60,251 bases of DNA from Candidatus Woesearchaeota archaeon (GTDB taxonomy: Archaea; Nanobdellota; Nanobdellia; Woesearchaeales; JAGLGH01): the NCBI GenBank assembly GCA_030670545.1, contig DAOVBM010000004.1:1-60251 (forward strand), written 5' to 3'. Positions 18,601 through 27,652 of this stretch are shown one piece after another. Each line of letters starts with the position of its first letter. Position 1 is the first letter of the stretch. The notes beneath the pieces were generated by a model that saw only the letters and a program-made list of their open reading frames with translations, had not been told where the DNA came from and ran no database searches. A program made the translations under genes and the position numbers.

Positions 18601-19289
18601 GGGAGGTGTCTTGTCATGAATTCTATCTCTTTTTCTGACGGAAGATACTGCAAATTTGTTATCCTGTCATGATAATCATATAATTCTGTAACTGTTCTTT
18701 TTATCTCCTCTTCTGATGGGTCATATGGCGAATATCCCATCTTCATTCTGACATAATCCACAATAAGGACAGAAACTGATGCTCCTGTGCCTCCTGCGCT
18801 TCTTATTGGCCCAGCATAATAAATATCAAAATATTCTTTTCCGTCTTTTGTCTTATTTATCTTAAATTCAACAAAACCCTCTATGGGTGAAGCAACAGAA
18901 CCCATTGTATGGTATGCAAATCCTACCCTTATGCCCACTTCCATAGCTTCTTTTTTATCCTTAAACTTGCAGAATTTCCCTTTTGCAATCTCTTCTGCGA
19001 TTATAAGTGATATGCGCCAGTCAAGAGAGCCGTAAATCTGTTCAAGTTCTTTTATTCTTTTAGGTATGCCTGAGCCTATTATCTCTGGCGCAACAACAGA
19101 GACAAGACCTTCAACACGCTCTGCCATGTTTTTGACCGAAGGAACTTCTACTTTATCTGATGGATCAAAACCCTTTTTTTTAGCTTCTTCAGCAATTTTA
19201 TATGCTTCTCTAATTAGTTTATCCATATCTTTAAAATATACTTCCATTCTTTCTGATTCCTGTATTTTGGCTTGTTTTTCCTTTTCCAT
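15693..19289 (-). CDS. polC: DNA polymerase II (PolD) large subunit DP2
   Basis: 1198 aa. Several Cys4 clusters (CKKCDT..CDTCG, CVKCN..CTKCDG) and the RRDCDGDE catalytic-barrel motif. No intein. It is 4 nt downstream of DP1. Confidence 0.93.
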   Translation of the reverse strand: MEKEKQAKIQESERMEVYFKDMDKLIREAYKIAEEAKKKGFDPSDKVEVPSVKNMAERVEGLVSVVAPEIIGSGIPKRIKELEQIYGSLDWRISLIIAEEIAKGKFCKFKDKKEAMEVGIRVGFAYHTMGSVASPIEGFVEFKINKTKDGKEYFDIYYAGPIRSAGGTGASVSVLIVDYVRMKMGYSPYDPSEEEIKRTVTELYDYHDRITNLQYLPSEKEIEFMTRHLPVQINGDGSEKIEVSNYKDLDRIKTNRIRNGVCLVLGEGLCQKAPKLWKQLSKWGKDFGLEHWNFIGDFVKLQKEIKAKSSAGKEEKGKDKKNKIQPDYTFIKDIVAGRPVITHPLRVGGFRLRYGRSRTSGYSAASMHPATMVVLDDFIATGTQLKLERPGKAASMTCCDSMDGPIVKLKNGSIVKLDSKKEALNVRKEIEEIIFLGDILICFGDFLNRAHKLVPPGYCEEWWVQQFEKATVDVFGSLDISKLSELIGIEEEEIEILLSNPINTKISAYGARIISEKLNIPLHPEYIYYWKTIDFNMFSGMIEWLKKSKVEKESGIVQKIIIPNNENKRTLEVLGVPHTLINDEFVVIEKEHAIGFSSNIQIENLQKYSDDIKNRDKYEDVLEVIKKNSEFIIQDKAGIFIGARMGRPEKAKMRKLNGSPHTLFPIGEEGGRLRSFQSALKIGEVTGEFPIYQCKKCDTITIYRKCDTCGKQTKQMYYCRDCNKISDKECQLKKKNNPEETHTSMTYKRQKIDIKKIFSQALNNLNMRLYPDLIKGVRGTSNKDHTPENLVKGILRAKHDIYVNKDGTTRYDMTQLPLTHFKPNEIRTSIEKLREMGYEYDIHGKQLESPEQILEIKPQDVVLPSCPDSPNDGADKVLLNIANFIDDLLVNLYGLKSYYNLKNEMDIVGHLVLAQAPHTSAGIIARVIGFSKTQGFLAHPVIHAATRRDCDGDEASICLLLDVLINFSRKFLPAHRGSTQDAPLVLTSKVIPSEIDDMIFDMDIAWKYDLDFYNACKKYSKPWEAVVEKFGDFLKSEKQYEGHGFTHDNGNINGGVICSSYKILPSMEEKLNGQMRIAERLRAVDERDVATFVIEKHFIKDTKGNLRKFSMQKFRCVKCNEIYRRPPLIGKCTKCDGRIIFTISEGSVVKYFESSMNLANKYNVPAYLKQSLELLKRRIDGVFGKDKERQEGLGKWFG

Positions 19290-19293
19290 TTTG

Positions 19294-20766
19294 TTAAAAT
19301 TTCAAAATCTTGACTTTCCTTGTCTGTGTATTCAAAATAGGCACTCTTGCAGGCTCTGGATGGTGCCCTACTTTTTCCTGGAATGGTGTAGTGCTCTGCC
19401 AGCATGACCCGCAGATTAAAGTAACATTCCTATATGATGAAACATAAGTCTTATGTATATGTCCTGTCACAAAAATATCTGGGACTTTTGAGATTACCAG
19501 ATTATCTTTGTCACGGGAAGGCACCAAAAGTGTAGATGAGTATGTTGGCGCAAGATGTCTTTTTTGCAGAAGAAATTTCATAATAAGGTCGGCGCGATCA
19601 TACCCCCCATTATTTCTTATGCTTTCTACATTCCTTATATAATAATCAAAACTATAGCCATGATAAAGAAGTATATCAAACCCTTCAAACCCTTCTCTTT
19701 TCCCTATATTCACTATAGATGGATTGGATACCAACACTGTATTTGACATCTTGTGTATACTTTCTGAAAAATCTTCATATAATGGTGGCTGGGGTTCTGC
19801 AATCCTCATGGCATCGTGATTTCCAGGACAGATTATAATATTGATTCTGTTAGGTATCATTAAAAGGTAACGTGCGCATTCTTCATATTGTTTATATATA
19901 TCTTTTATTGTAAGTTCTTCTTCCTGACCTGGATATATTCCAAGCCCATCAACAAGGTCACCTATAACAAATATATGTGAAACTTTTCGTGCCATTTCTT
20001 TCTGTACATCGCTGCCAACTTTTCCTGACAGCCAGTTTGTGAATTTAATAAATTTTTCCTCAAGAAAATACTCAGAACCAACATGAAGGTCTGACAAAAA
20101 AATTATATAAGATTCATCAGGAGATTTTTTTAACTCTTTGGTAAGGGGGATATCGGGAAAAATTATATTATTTGCAAAAATTATATTATCCCCATTTACA
20201 CCAGTCACACCTATAACTTCATCAAACACTATATCTTTAGTCATTTCAAAAAGTTCTGGTTTGCTCTTATTTACAATAACATTTATTGATGCAGTTTGGT
20301 CTTCAAGAGTAAGTATAAAATTACCATTTCTTGTTATTTTTTTATCACTTACTAGCCCTATAATGGATATATTTTCTCTCTCTCTTTTGTTTGTTATTCT
20401 ATTTATAGAAACAACATTCTGTAATTCAGATCTTCCCCTCATTATACTTTCTAATGATTTAAATCTTTCCCTAAAATATAAAATAAAATCCTCTACTTTT
20501 TTCTTTAATGGTTGGTCTTCATAACTGAATTTAACTAATATGTCATTATTATTTTTTTGCTGGCTTTCACCTATAGGGGATATCTGTAATAATTTTGTTG
20601 ATAATTTTTTTAAATCTATGTTATCTTCATCTTTTTTTATTATATCGTATATATTCTCAATTGTTTGATCATTTTTAAGAAAATCTAAAAAATCAGGAGG
20701 AATAAATATACCTTTATTAAGAAAACAGTTTACAATATACTTCCTTTTTGTTTCTATTAGTTCCAT
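19294..20766 (-). CDS. polB: DNA polymerase II (PolD) small subunit DP1
   Basis: Mre11/calcineurin-like phosphoesterase motifs (DLHVGS, GDLVDG, GNHD, GHIH) preceded by an OB-like region. Confidence 0.92.
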   Translation of the reverse strand: MELIETKRKYIVNCFLNKGIFIPPDFLDFLKNDQTIENIYDIIKKDEDNIDLKKLSTKLLQISPIGESQQKNNNDILVKFSYEDQPLKKKVEDFILYFRERFKSLESIMRGRSELQNVVSINRITNKRERENISIIGLVSDKKITRNGNFILTLEDQTASINVIVNKSKPELFEMTKDIVFDEVIGVTGVNGDNIIFANNIIFPDIPLTKELKKSPDESYIIFLSDLHVGSEYFLEEKFIKFTNWLSGKVGSDVQKEMARKVSHIFVIGDLVDGLGIYPGQEEELTIKDIYKQYEECARYLLMIPNRINIIICPGNHDAMRIAEPQPPLYEDFSESIHKMSNTVLVSNPSIVNIGKREGFEGFDILLYHGYSFDYYIRNVESIRNNGGYDRADLIMKFLLQKRHLAPTYSSTLLVPSRDKDNLVISKVPDIFVTGHIHKTYVSSYRNVTLICGSCWQSTTPFQEKVGHHPEPARVPILNTQTRKVKILKF

Positions 20767-20798
20767 TCTTATGGTATAGAAAGGTCATCTTGATATTC

Positions 20799-22010
20799 TC
20801 AAGCTAATCCCAACCCTTCTGCCAATATTTTGTTTATTTTATCTTTTATGTGGGAAGGTACAGACATGGATATTTCTCTTGTTCTCCCATATCTTCCTTT
20901 TGATGTTACTTTTGCAGTTATAATTCCTGACATGTCCAACTCTGCAATAACGTCACTTATCCTTCTCTGTGTTAATGGTCTTAATCCTACATTTGAGCAT
21001 ATTTTCTTATATATTTCATATACTTCCCCAGTTAATATGCTATCATTTCTTTCTTTATTTAATTTTAAAATTGCGTATAATGTGGCTTGGAATTGTTTGG
21101 GTTGAGAGCATACTATATCTTGTATTCTATCTCTTTCTATTTTTGCTTCTGCTTTATCGAGGTGTTTTATGACTACATTCTGTTTCCCTTCTCTTTCTGC
21201 TATCTCTCCTGCAACTCTTATAAGTTCAAGGGCCCTTCTGGCGTCACCGTGTTCTCTTGCAGCATAAGCTGCGCATTTTTCTATAAGCCCTTGCTCAATT
21301 ATATCTTCTTTAAATGCTTTCTTTATTCTTTCAGTGAGTATACTCTGGATCTGCAATGCATTATAGGGTGGAAATACAATTTCTTCCTCGCTTAAAGAAG
21401 ATTTTACTCTTGGATCAATATTATCCACAAATACAAGATCATTTGATATTCCAATTAATGTTATAATAGAGTTATCAAGATCTTCATTGATTCTTGTCAA
21501 ATTGTATAATATTTCATCCCCTGCTTTTTTTATTAACTGGTCTATCTCATCAAGTATTATTACAAGGAGCGTTTTTTCTTTATCAACAGAATTATAAAAT
21601 ATCTTATATACTTCTTCAGTCGGAAGGCCTGTTGCAGGTATACTTTTTCCTAATTTTCTTGCAAGTTCTGCTATTAGTCTGTATTCTGTATCAGCAACTT
21701 TTTTAAGCTTGCAATTAATATAAAATACCTTGATTGGGATTTTCTTGTCTTTTGCTACTTCCATTATCTTATTTGTAGTATATTTGACAGAAAGTGTCTT
21801 TCCTGTGCCAGTTTTTCCATATACAAAAAGATTTGATGGTTTATCTAATTTAAGTGCTGGTGCTATGATTTGGGCAATGTGGTTGATCTCATTCTCCCTA
21901 TGAGGTATATTATCTGGAGAATAATTAGACTGTAATACTCTCTTTTCTTTAAATATAGAATCTTTCTTGATAAATTTTTCAAAAAATCCAGTAATGTTAT
22001 TATCCTTCAT
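20799..22010 (-). CDS. cdc6: Orc1/Cdc6 replication initiator
   Basis: AAA+ Walker A GKTGTGKT, Walker B VIILDEID and a C-terminal winged helix. It sits next to the AT-rich spacer. Confidence 0.92.
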   Translation of the reverse strand: MKDNNITGFFEKFIKKDSIFKEKRVLQSNYSPDNIPHRENEINHIAQIIAPALKLDKPSNLFVYGKTGTGKTLSVKYTTNKIMEVAKDKKIPIKVFYINCKLKKVADTEYRLIAELARKLGKSIPATGLPTEEVYKIFYNSVDKEKTLLVIILDEIDQLIKKAGDEILYNLTRINEDLDNSIITLIGISNDLVFVDNIDPRVKSSLSEEEIVFPPYNALQIQSILTERIKKAFKEDIIEQGLIEKCAAYAAREHGDARRALELIRVAGEIAEREGKQNVVIKHLDKAEAKIERDRIQDIVCSQPKQFQATLYAILKLNKERNDSILTGEVYEIYKKICSNVGLRPLTQRRISDVIAELDMSGIITAKVTSKGRYGRTREISMSVPSHIKDKINKILAEGLGLA

Positions 22011-22212
22011 TTAATTTCCAAAAGAAGTAAAGGTATTTAAATTCTTTTATTTTCATATTTTATATTAATAAAATATATTAAAATCATGAAAATCTGATAC
22101 AAGTATCAAATTATACACTTTAATACTTGAATATGTAGTTTAATATGATATAAAAATATATTAATTATAATTTATATATGATAATAATTATACTTAAAAT
22201 AAGGTGATAGTG

Positions 22213-22235
22213 ACCCCTTTATTTCATATGGAAAA
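22213..22235 (-). promoter_or_regulatory. ORB-like element (G-string + dyad): ACCCC-TTTA-TTTCATATGGAAAA
   Basis: The reverse complement reads TTTTCCATATGAAA-TAAA-GGGGT. It resembles archaeal origin recognition boxes (TTCCA..GGAAA dyad followed by GGGGT), recalled from Pyrococcus/Sulfolobus origins. Confidence 0.35.
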
Positions 22236-22289
22236 TGTTATTTTATGTTTTAAGTTCTTATGCTTTATTTTGTTTAATATAAGTTTAAT

Positions 22290-22459
22290 ATAGATAACGA
22301 AAATTTGACAATTTATTGATAGCAAATCCTATCCCTACCATAAATGGTGGGGTATTACAGATTTGCATTATATATTATCAAATTTTTGGAATCCAAAATT
22401 TCGCACTGAAGTAAGGGGTATTAAACCCCAATAAAATTTCTTGCGAAATTTTCGATAAA
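22290..22459 (+). repeat. repeat family B, copy B2 (inside putative origin)
   Basis: Second copy of the ~170-bp element. Contains TTTCGCACTGAAGTAAGGGGT (22399-22419) and the inverted ACCCCAATAAAATTTCTTGCGAAA (22425-22448). Confidence 0.75.
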
Positions 22460-22472
22460 ATAAATTATTAAA

Positions 22473-22520
22473 ATATAATAATATAATAATATAATAATAT
22501 AATAATATAATAATATATAT
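22473..22520. repeat. tandem repeat (ATATAATA)x5 plus a partial unit
   Basis: Five perfect contiguous ATATAATA units at 22473-22512, followed by ATATATAT. This is a candidate DNA unwinding element. Confidence 0.8.
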
Positions 22521-22747
22521 ATTATATAATATATTTCAATATAGAAAATAATAAAAAATGACAAATAACAATTATCAATAATATTAAACTCTATACGAAA
22601 TAAGGGGGACAGAGAACAAAATAAACCATTTTTCATTACTATATAATCATTAAAAATAGAAACATTTATATACTTGTTGCGACTCACAAATGATAACACA
22701 TAAAAAAAGGGTGCGATTCAGCAATTAACGATTAAGAGGAATACAAA

Positions 22748-23539
22748 ATGATTATACAAGAAGAATTTTTGGGAAAAATAAAATACTTTGGATTAAATAG
22801 TTATGAAGCAAAACTCTGGACAGCACTTCTTTCAAGAGGAATATCAACCGCAGGAGAATTAAGTGATATTGCAAATGTACCAAGATCAAGAAGTTATGAT
22901 GTCCTTGAATCCCTTGAAAAAAAAGGATTTATTATTATGAAAATAGGAAAACCTATTAAATATATTGCAGTGCATCCAGAAGAGGTAATAGAAAGAGTAA
23001 AGAAAGGAATAAGAAAAAAAGCTGACGAAAAATCTAAAATACTAACAAACCTTAAAGAAAGTGAATTAATCAAAGAACTTAACACCCTTCATTCACAAGG
23101 AATAGAATTTATTGAATCATCTGACCTTTCAGGGTCTTTTAGAGGAAGGGACTCAATATACTGTCATATGGATAGCTTAATTAAAAAAGCAAATAAATCT
23201 GTAGACATCATGACAACATCAGAAGGAATAATAAGAAAAGCAAAAACTCTCAAAAATGCACTTAAGAAAGCGAATGAAAAAGGAGTAAAAATAAGAATAG
23301 CAGCACCGTTAACCAAAGAGAATAATGATGCTGTAAAATTACTATCTAAATTCGCTGAGATAAAAGACACAAAAGCCAATACAAGATTTTGTATAGTTGA
23401 CAATGAGGAGCTGGTTTTTATGATTCTTGATGATAAAGAAGTACATCCATCATATGACACTGGAGTATGGGTAAATACTAAATTTTTTTCAAATACCCTT
23501 AAAAACATGTTTGATAATGAATGGGAAAATACAATTTAG
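22748..23539 (+). CDS. TrmB-family transcriptional regulator (paralog 1)
   Basis: N-terminal TrmB wHTH (LNSYEAKLWTALLSRGISTAGELSDIANVPRSRSYDVLESLEKKGFI) and a C-terminal PLD-like TrmB effector domain. Close paralog of 54601-55419. Confidence 0.85.
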   Translation: MIIQEEFLGKIKYFGLNSYEAKLWTALLSRGISTAGELSDIANVPRSRSYDVLESLEKKGFIIMKIGKPIKYIAVHPEEVIERVKKGIRKKADEKSKILTNLKESELIKELNTLHSQGIEFIESSDLSGSFRGRDSIYCHMDSLIKKANKSVDIMTTSEGIIRKAKTLKNALKKANEKGVKIRIAAPLTKENNDAVKLLSKFAEIKDTKANTRFCIVDNEELVFMILDDKEVHPSYDTGVWVNTKFFSNTLKNMFDNEWENTI

Positions 23540-23736
23540 AAATAATTCTATTTTTTTCAAATTCTATTTTTTAATTATTTATAAAGTATGAAATACTTTA
23601 TTAATACCATAAATTTTCACAATCTTAATCATTTATGAAATTTTCTCGTTTTGTGGAAAATAAACGCAAGATTTAAATATATTAATTTTAATATAAATAA
23701 AATTATCATTTTATAAATAAGAAAAGAGGTGTTTTA

Positions 23737-23937
23737 ATGGGACTTGAAGATATAAGTATAGTTATTCTTTCTATAATTATAGGTACTTTGGCAGCTATAG
23801 TATACAGCTTAAGAGTATTAGTTCTTATGGAAAGAAGAGTTGCAAAAATAGAGAAACACATAGAAGTTCTTGCTCAGAGGATATTAAAAGAAGAACAGAA
23901 TATAGAAAAAAACATAAAGAAAAGAAAAAAGAAATAA
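23737..23937 (+). CDS. small membrane protein (1 TM + charged coiled tail)
   Basis: 66 aa. GAGGTG Shine-Dalgarno 6-7 nt upstream of the ATG, one TM helix and a Lys/Glu-rich tail. Confidence 0.45.
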   Translation: MGLEDISIVILSIIIGTLAAIVYSLRVLVLMERRVAKIEKHIEVLAQRILKEEQNIEKNIKKRKKK

Positions 23938-23995
23938 TATTTTAATTTTTATGTTTTTTTATTTATTATGTTTATTATTATAGGTGATTTATAGT

Positions 23996-24907
23996 ATGGA
24001 TTATTTTAATGCAACTCTTAGCAAAATAAGAAATTTAGAGATACAAGGAGCTGCAGATATAGCAAAGGAAGCATCAAAAGCATTCATATTTAAGATTTCT
24101 GAATCAAAATCAAAAGATAAGGACGAATTAATAAGAGAAATAAACACCATAAAGCAAAAAATATTCAATACAAGGCCAACAGAACCATTTATGAGAAATA
24201 TGATTAATCATATCATATCTTCTGCGCAGGATATGGATTTTAAATATATTATTCCTTCACTTCACATAAATCTTAATAAGACTCTTAGATGGACTACAAA
24301 AACAGAAAGGGAGTTAGCGAATATAGGAGCAAAGAAAATTAAAAAAGGGTATGTTGCTTATACTCATTGCCATTCTTCAACTGTTGTCAGCATATTCAAG
24401 AAAGCAAAGGATACAGGAATAGAATTTGAAGTCCACAATACCGAAACAAGACCCCTCTATCAGGGCAGGAAAACAGCAAAAGAACTCGTAGCATATGGGA
24501 TAAAAATAAGGCATTACGTGGATTCTGCAGCAAGATTGGCATTAAAAAAAGCAGATATAATGATGATAGGCGCTGACGCCATAACTTCAGAAGGACAAGT
24601 CATAAATAAGATCGGCTCAGAGCTAATTTCAGAGGCTGCAAACAGGCTTAATATACCAGTCTATGTATGTACCCATTCCTGGAAATTTAACTCTGAGACT
24701 ATTTTTGGGTTTGATGAAGTAATAGAGAAGAGGGTAGAAAAAGAGGTATGGCCTGGAAAGCCACGTAAGGTTATTATAGATAATTATGCCTTTGAGAAGA
24801 TTGATCCTTCCCTTATTACAGGAATAATCTCTGAAATGGGTATATACCGGCCCCAGAATTTTATAGAAGAAGTAAAAAGAAGATATAAGTGGATGTTTAC
24901 GATTTAA
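23996..24907 (+). CDS. eIF-2B alpha/beta/delta family protein (putative ribose-1,5-bisphosphate isomerase / aIF-2B)
   Basis: RPLYQGRKTAKELVAYGI...ADIMMIGADAITSEGQVINKIGS is typical of the family. The track start is a GTG, and the ATG at 23996 has a GGTGA SD upstream. Confidence 0.8.
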   Translation: MDYFNATLSKIRNLEIQGAADIAKEASKAFIFKISESKSKDKDELIREINTIKQKIFNTRPTEPFMRNMINHIISSAQDMDFKYIIPSLHINLNKTLRWTTKTERELANIGAKKIKKGYVAYTHCHSSTVVSIFKKAKDTGIEFEVHNTETRPLYQGRKTAKELVAYGIKIRHYVDSAARLALKKADIMMIGADAITSEGQVINKIGSELISEAANRLNIPVYVCTHSWKFNSETIFGFDEVIEKRVEKEVWPGKPRKVIIDNYAFEKIDPSLITGIISEMGIYRPQNFIEEVKRRYKWMFTI

Positions 24908-25409
24908 ACGTCTTCAACTCTTTTTCATTTTTTTTAATTTCTGCTTTTAAGGATTTTATTATTTCTTCATTATTTTGCTGATTCATCAACATGCCGCATT
25001 CAGGGCATTTGAAATCAAATCCTATTGCCTGCTCAAAATCCAATCTTATACATTTATCATCACAAAGAAAGAAATGTCCTCCATTCTCTCTTTCTAACCT
25101 TTCTTTGGCCATCTCAATCTTTTTCTTCTTAATTTCAATCGCAAGGCCTTTTACTCTCGTATGATTAAATGTCCAATAATATATATACCATCCCTTCAGT
25201 TTATCTTTCTTTCTTATAAAAGATACAAGATTTGCGCCATGAAGCCTATAAAGCATATTTCTTGTACGATTGACCTCAAGTTTAAGGGTTTCAGCTATTT
25301 TGAATTCAGAAATATTCTTCTTGTCCTTTAAGTAATTTATAATAGGTATTACATCAACCCCAACCACCTCACTTATGACATTTTCTATGAGTTTTTTCGT
25401 TATTTTCAT
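24897..25409 (-). CDS. tfe: transcription factor E (TFE alpha)
   Basis: N-terminal extended winged helix (..EFKIAETLKLEVNRTRNMLYRL...WYIYYW) and a zinc ribbon C..C...CPECG. Confidence 0.85.
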   Translation of the reverse strand: MKITKKLIENVISEVVGVDVIPIINYLKDKKNISEFKIAETLKLEVNRTRNMLYRLHGANLVSFIRKKDKLKGWYIYYWTFNHTRVKGLAIEIKKKKIEMAKERLERENGGHFFLCDDKCIRLDFEQAIGFDFKCPECGMLMNQQNNEEIIKSLKAEIKKNEKELKTFKS

Positions 25410-25554
25410 TTTATTATCATTTTTGAATACATATTAATATCTATTTTTTCCAGTTATAAACCTTTCGTTTTTTACAGACAAATATGGCTATATAGAGAAA
25501 AGAACAAACATACTCTTTTCTATACCTTTGAACCAAACCTATTGAGAATTCTTT

Positions 25555-25941
25555 TTATTTTATTAATTCTTCGAATAATAGCCCCTTTAATGTTATTATA
25601 TTCTTATCTATTGCAAAATTTATTCCACTTTGCCTTATATCTTCAATAGATACAAAAAACCATTCAGTTTTATAGAACCTGACCGCTATCCATGGTTCAG
25701 CGCCAAATAGACCTGAAAATGCCTTCAATTGGTCAATATCTTCTTTAGATAAGTATTTTATTGTATTTTTTGATGTTTTGCATTCTATGGCTAATTTTCT
25801 AAGTTTGTTCCCGGCTATCAAATCTACACAAGGATATTTCATAGAACCTGATCCTGCTGCCCTTAAGCATGCCCACCCTGCTGCCCAAAATTTGTGCAGT
25901 AAGTCCCTTTCAGCAGAGATCCCTTTTGATTTTCTTGACAT
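25555..25941 (-). CDS. hjc: Holliday junction resolvase Hjc
   Basis: PD-(D/E)xK pattern: KGISAERDL, VDLIAGN, LAIECKTSK. The ATG at 25941 abuts the rnz stop. The upstream part of the ORF call overlaps rnz and is unlikely to be translated. Confidence 0.85.
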   Translation of the reverse strand: MSRKSKGISAERDLLHKFWAAGWACLRAAGSGSMKYPCVDLIAGNKLRKLAIECKTSKNTIKYLSKEDIDQLKAFSGLFGAEPWIAVRFYKTEWFFVSIEDIRQSGINFAIDKNIITLKGLLFEELIK

Positions 25942-25943
25942 TT

Positions 25944-26846
25944 TTATAAGGAAACCCTCATAAAGTCTTCGGCGCATATTGTATTATCAAATACATCACG
26001 CGCATCTTCCTCTATATCTTGTATGTTTTTGTATCTTTGGCTAAAATGCGTAAGGATAAGTTTTTTTGCTCTGGATTGGCTTGCCAGCAATCCTGCCTGT
26101 TTTGCAGTCATGTGGTGATATTTTTCTGCTTTGTTTTGCAGCGATGACTCATATGCAGCTTCTGAAATAAGGATGTCTGCATTTTCTGCAAGAAGAACAG
26201 CACCCTTGCATGGAACAGTATCTGCAATATAAGTTATCTTTCTGCCATTTACAATGTATGTCGCTTCATCAGCATTGATTGATTTTCCCTTTATTTTTAT
26301 ATCCTTTCCCGACTGCAGATCTTTCATGTGCGGGCCCGTAGGGATATTATGCTTTGTGAGAAAAGCTTTGTTTATCCTTCGCTTGTCTTTTTCAATAAAT
26401 GAGTACCCTAAGCAAGGCACTTTATGGGACAATTCAGCAGAGTCTATATAAAAATCATCATCTTCATATACTTTTTTTATTTTTCCTTTTGGATCAATCT
26501 CTTTTATTTTAAGGTTAATCCTTTGGTCAAAAAGACAGGAATTAAGGAGATGATGCATCATTTTTTTTGTTCCTACAGGACCATATATCCTAATAGTTGG
26601 GGGATTTTCATCATTTCCTATGGTCTGAATAAGCCCTATAATTCCTGATATGTGATCGCCATGCCAATGGCTGATAAGTATTTTTGTCACTCTTGTTCTC
26701 CTTATTCCACAGATATTCATCTGCCTTTGTGTACCCTCGCCGCAATCAAACAATATCCCTTCTTTCTTATAACTCAAAAACATTCCAGAGACGTTCCTTT
26801 GCTTTGTTGGAACCATACAACTTGTGCCTAAAAATGTTAATTGCAT
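25944..26846 (-). CDS. rnz: ribonuclease Z
   Basis: Metallo-beta-lactamase fold with SHWHGDH and MQLTFLGTS...LFDCGEGTQRQ, typical of the short form of RNase Z. Confidence 0.9.
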   Translation of the reverse strand: MQLTFLGTSCMVPTKQRNVSGMFLSYKKEGILFDCGEGTQRQMNICGIRRTRVTKILISHWHGDHISGIIGLIQTIGNDENPPTIRIYGPVGTKKMMHHLLNSCLFDQRINLKIKEIDPKGKIKKVYEDDDFYIDSAELSHKVPCLGYSFIEKDKRRINKAFLTKHNIPTGPHMKDLQSGKDIKIKGKSINADEATYIVNGRKITYIADTVPCKGAVLLAENADILISEAAYESSLQNKAEKYHHMTAKQAGLLASQSRAKKLILTHFSQRYKNIQDIEEDARDVFDNTICAEDFMRVSL

Positions 26847-27006
26847 AATTGATTGTATTATCTTAATTTATATAAACTTTTGTTTATTTTAGGATTATCT
26901 TACAATATTGAAAATAAAAACAATATCAAGTTTATAATGGTTAAGTTTTTAAGTGATAAGCAATTAATTTAGATTATTCAGAGATATATAAAATTATGAA
27001 ATTAAA

Positions 27007-27624
27007 ATGAGAAAATCAAAATTATCAAAACAAAAAAAGAAAAAAACCTCAAAGAAAGAAGATAAAAAAGAGGAGATAGCGCAGAAAACTCACAAAAGAG
27101 AAGTAGTCAAAGCATTTTTTATAAAAGAAAGAGTAATTACCGAATTAAGTGATGCTGCAAGGGAATTATATAACCATAGCAGATATGGATCAATAATTGA
27201 AGGTGGCAATGTCCGGCTTTCGCTTCTTGAATCTTTTTTTCTGCTTGAGAAGGGGAAAATAACTATATTTGATGGAAGGAATAAAAAAATAAGCAATGAA
27301 CTTTTTATCAGAAAAGCAAAAAAGCTGGAACCCAAATTCTGGATAAGATATTGCGTGTTCAGGGATTTCAGGAACAGAGGGTATATAATAAAGACAGCGC
27401 TTAAATTTGGGGCAGACTTTAGAGTATATGAAAGAGGAGTAAAGCCTGGAGAAGACCATGCAAAGTGGATAATATATCCAGTACACGAAGCAAGCACGCT
27501 TACATGGCATGAATTTTCAGCAAAGAACAGAGTCGCACACAGCACAAAGAAAAGGCTTATGATAGGAGTTGTAGACGATGAAGGGGATGTCACATATTAT
27601 GAGATAAGATGGATGAGGCCGTAA
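27007..27624 (+). CDS. endA: tRNA-splicing endonuclease EndA with Lys-rich N-terminal extension
   Basis: Catalytic C-terminal domain GADFRVYERG....HAKWIIYPV. The first ~35 aa are MRKSKLSKQKKKKTSKKEDKKEE. Confidence 0.85.
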   Translation: MRKSKLSKQKKKKTSKKEDKKEEIAQKTHKREVVKAFFIKERVITELSDAARELYNHSRYGSIIEGGNVRLSLLESFFLLEKGKITIFDGRNKKISNELFIRKAKKLEPKFWIRYCVFRDFRNRGYIIKTALKFGADFRVYERGVKPGEDHAKWIIYPVHEASTLTWHEFSAKNRVAHSTKKRLMIGVVDDEGDVTYYEIRWMRP

Positions 27625-27652
27625 TTTCTTAATTGATTTTAATGATTTTCAA

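Larger units (their letters stand above)
22011..22747. other. putative chromosomal replication origin (oriC) region
   Basis: ~740-bp non-coding, extremely AT-rich spacer directly upstream of cdc6-polB-polC. It holds an 8-bp tandem repeat, ORB-like motifs (mini-dyad plus G-string) and repeat B2. Confidence 0.5.

Noticed and set aside
22421-22699. 92-aa ORF in the cdc6-trmB spacer.
   Set aside because: Its sequence (YIIYILLYYYIIILLYYYILIIY) is just the translation of the ATATAATA tandem repeat and the surrounding AT-rich origin DNA.
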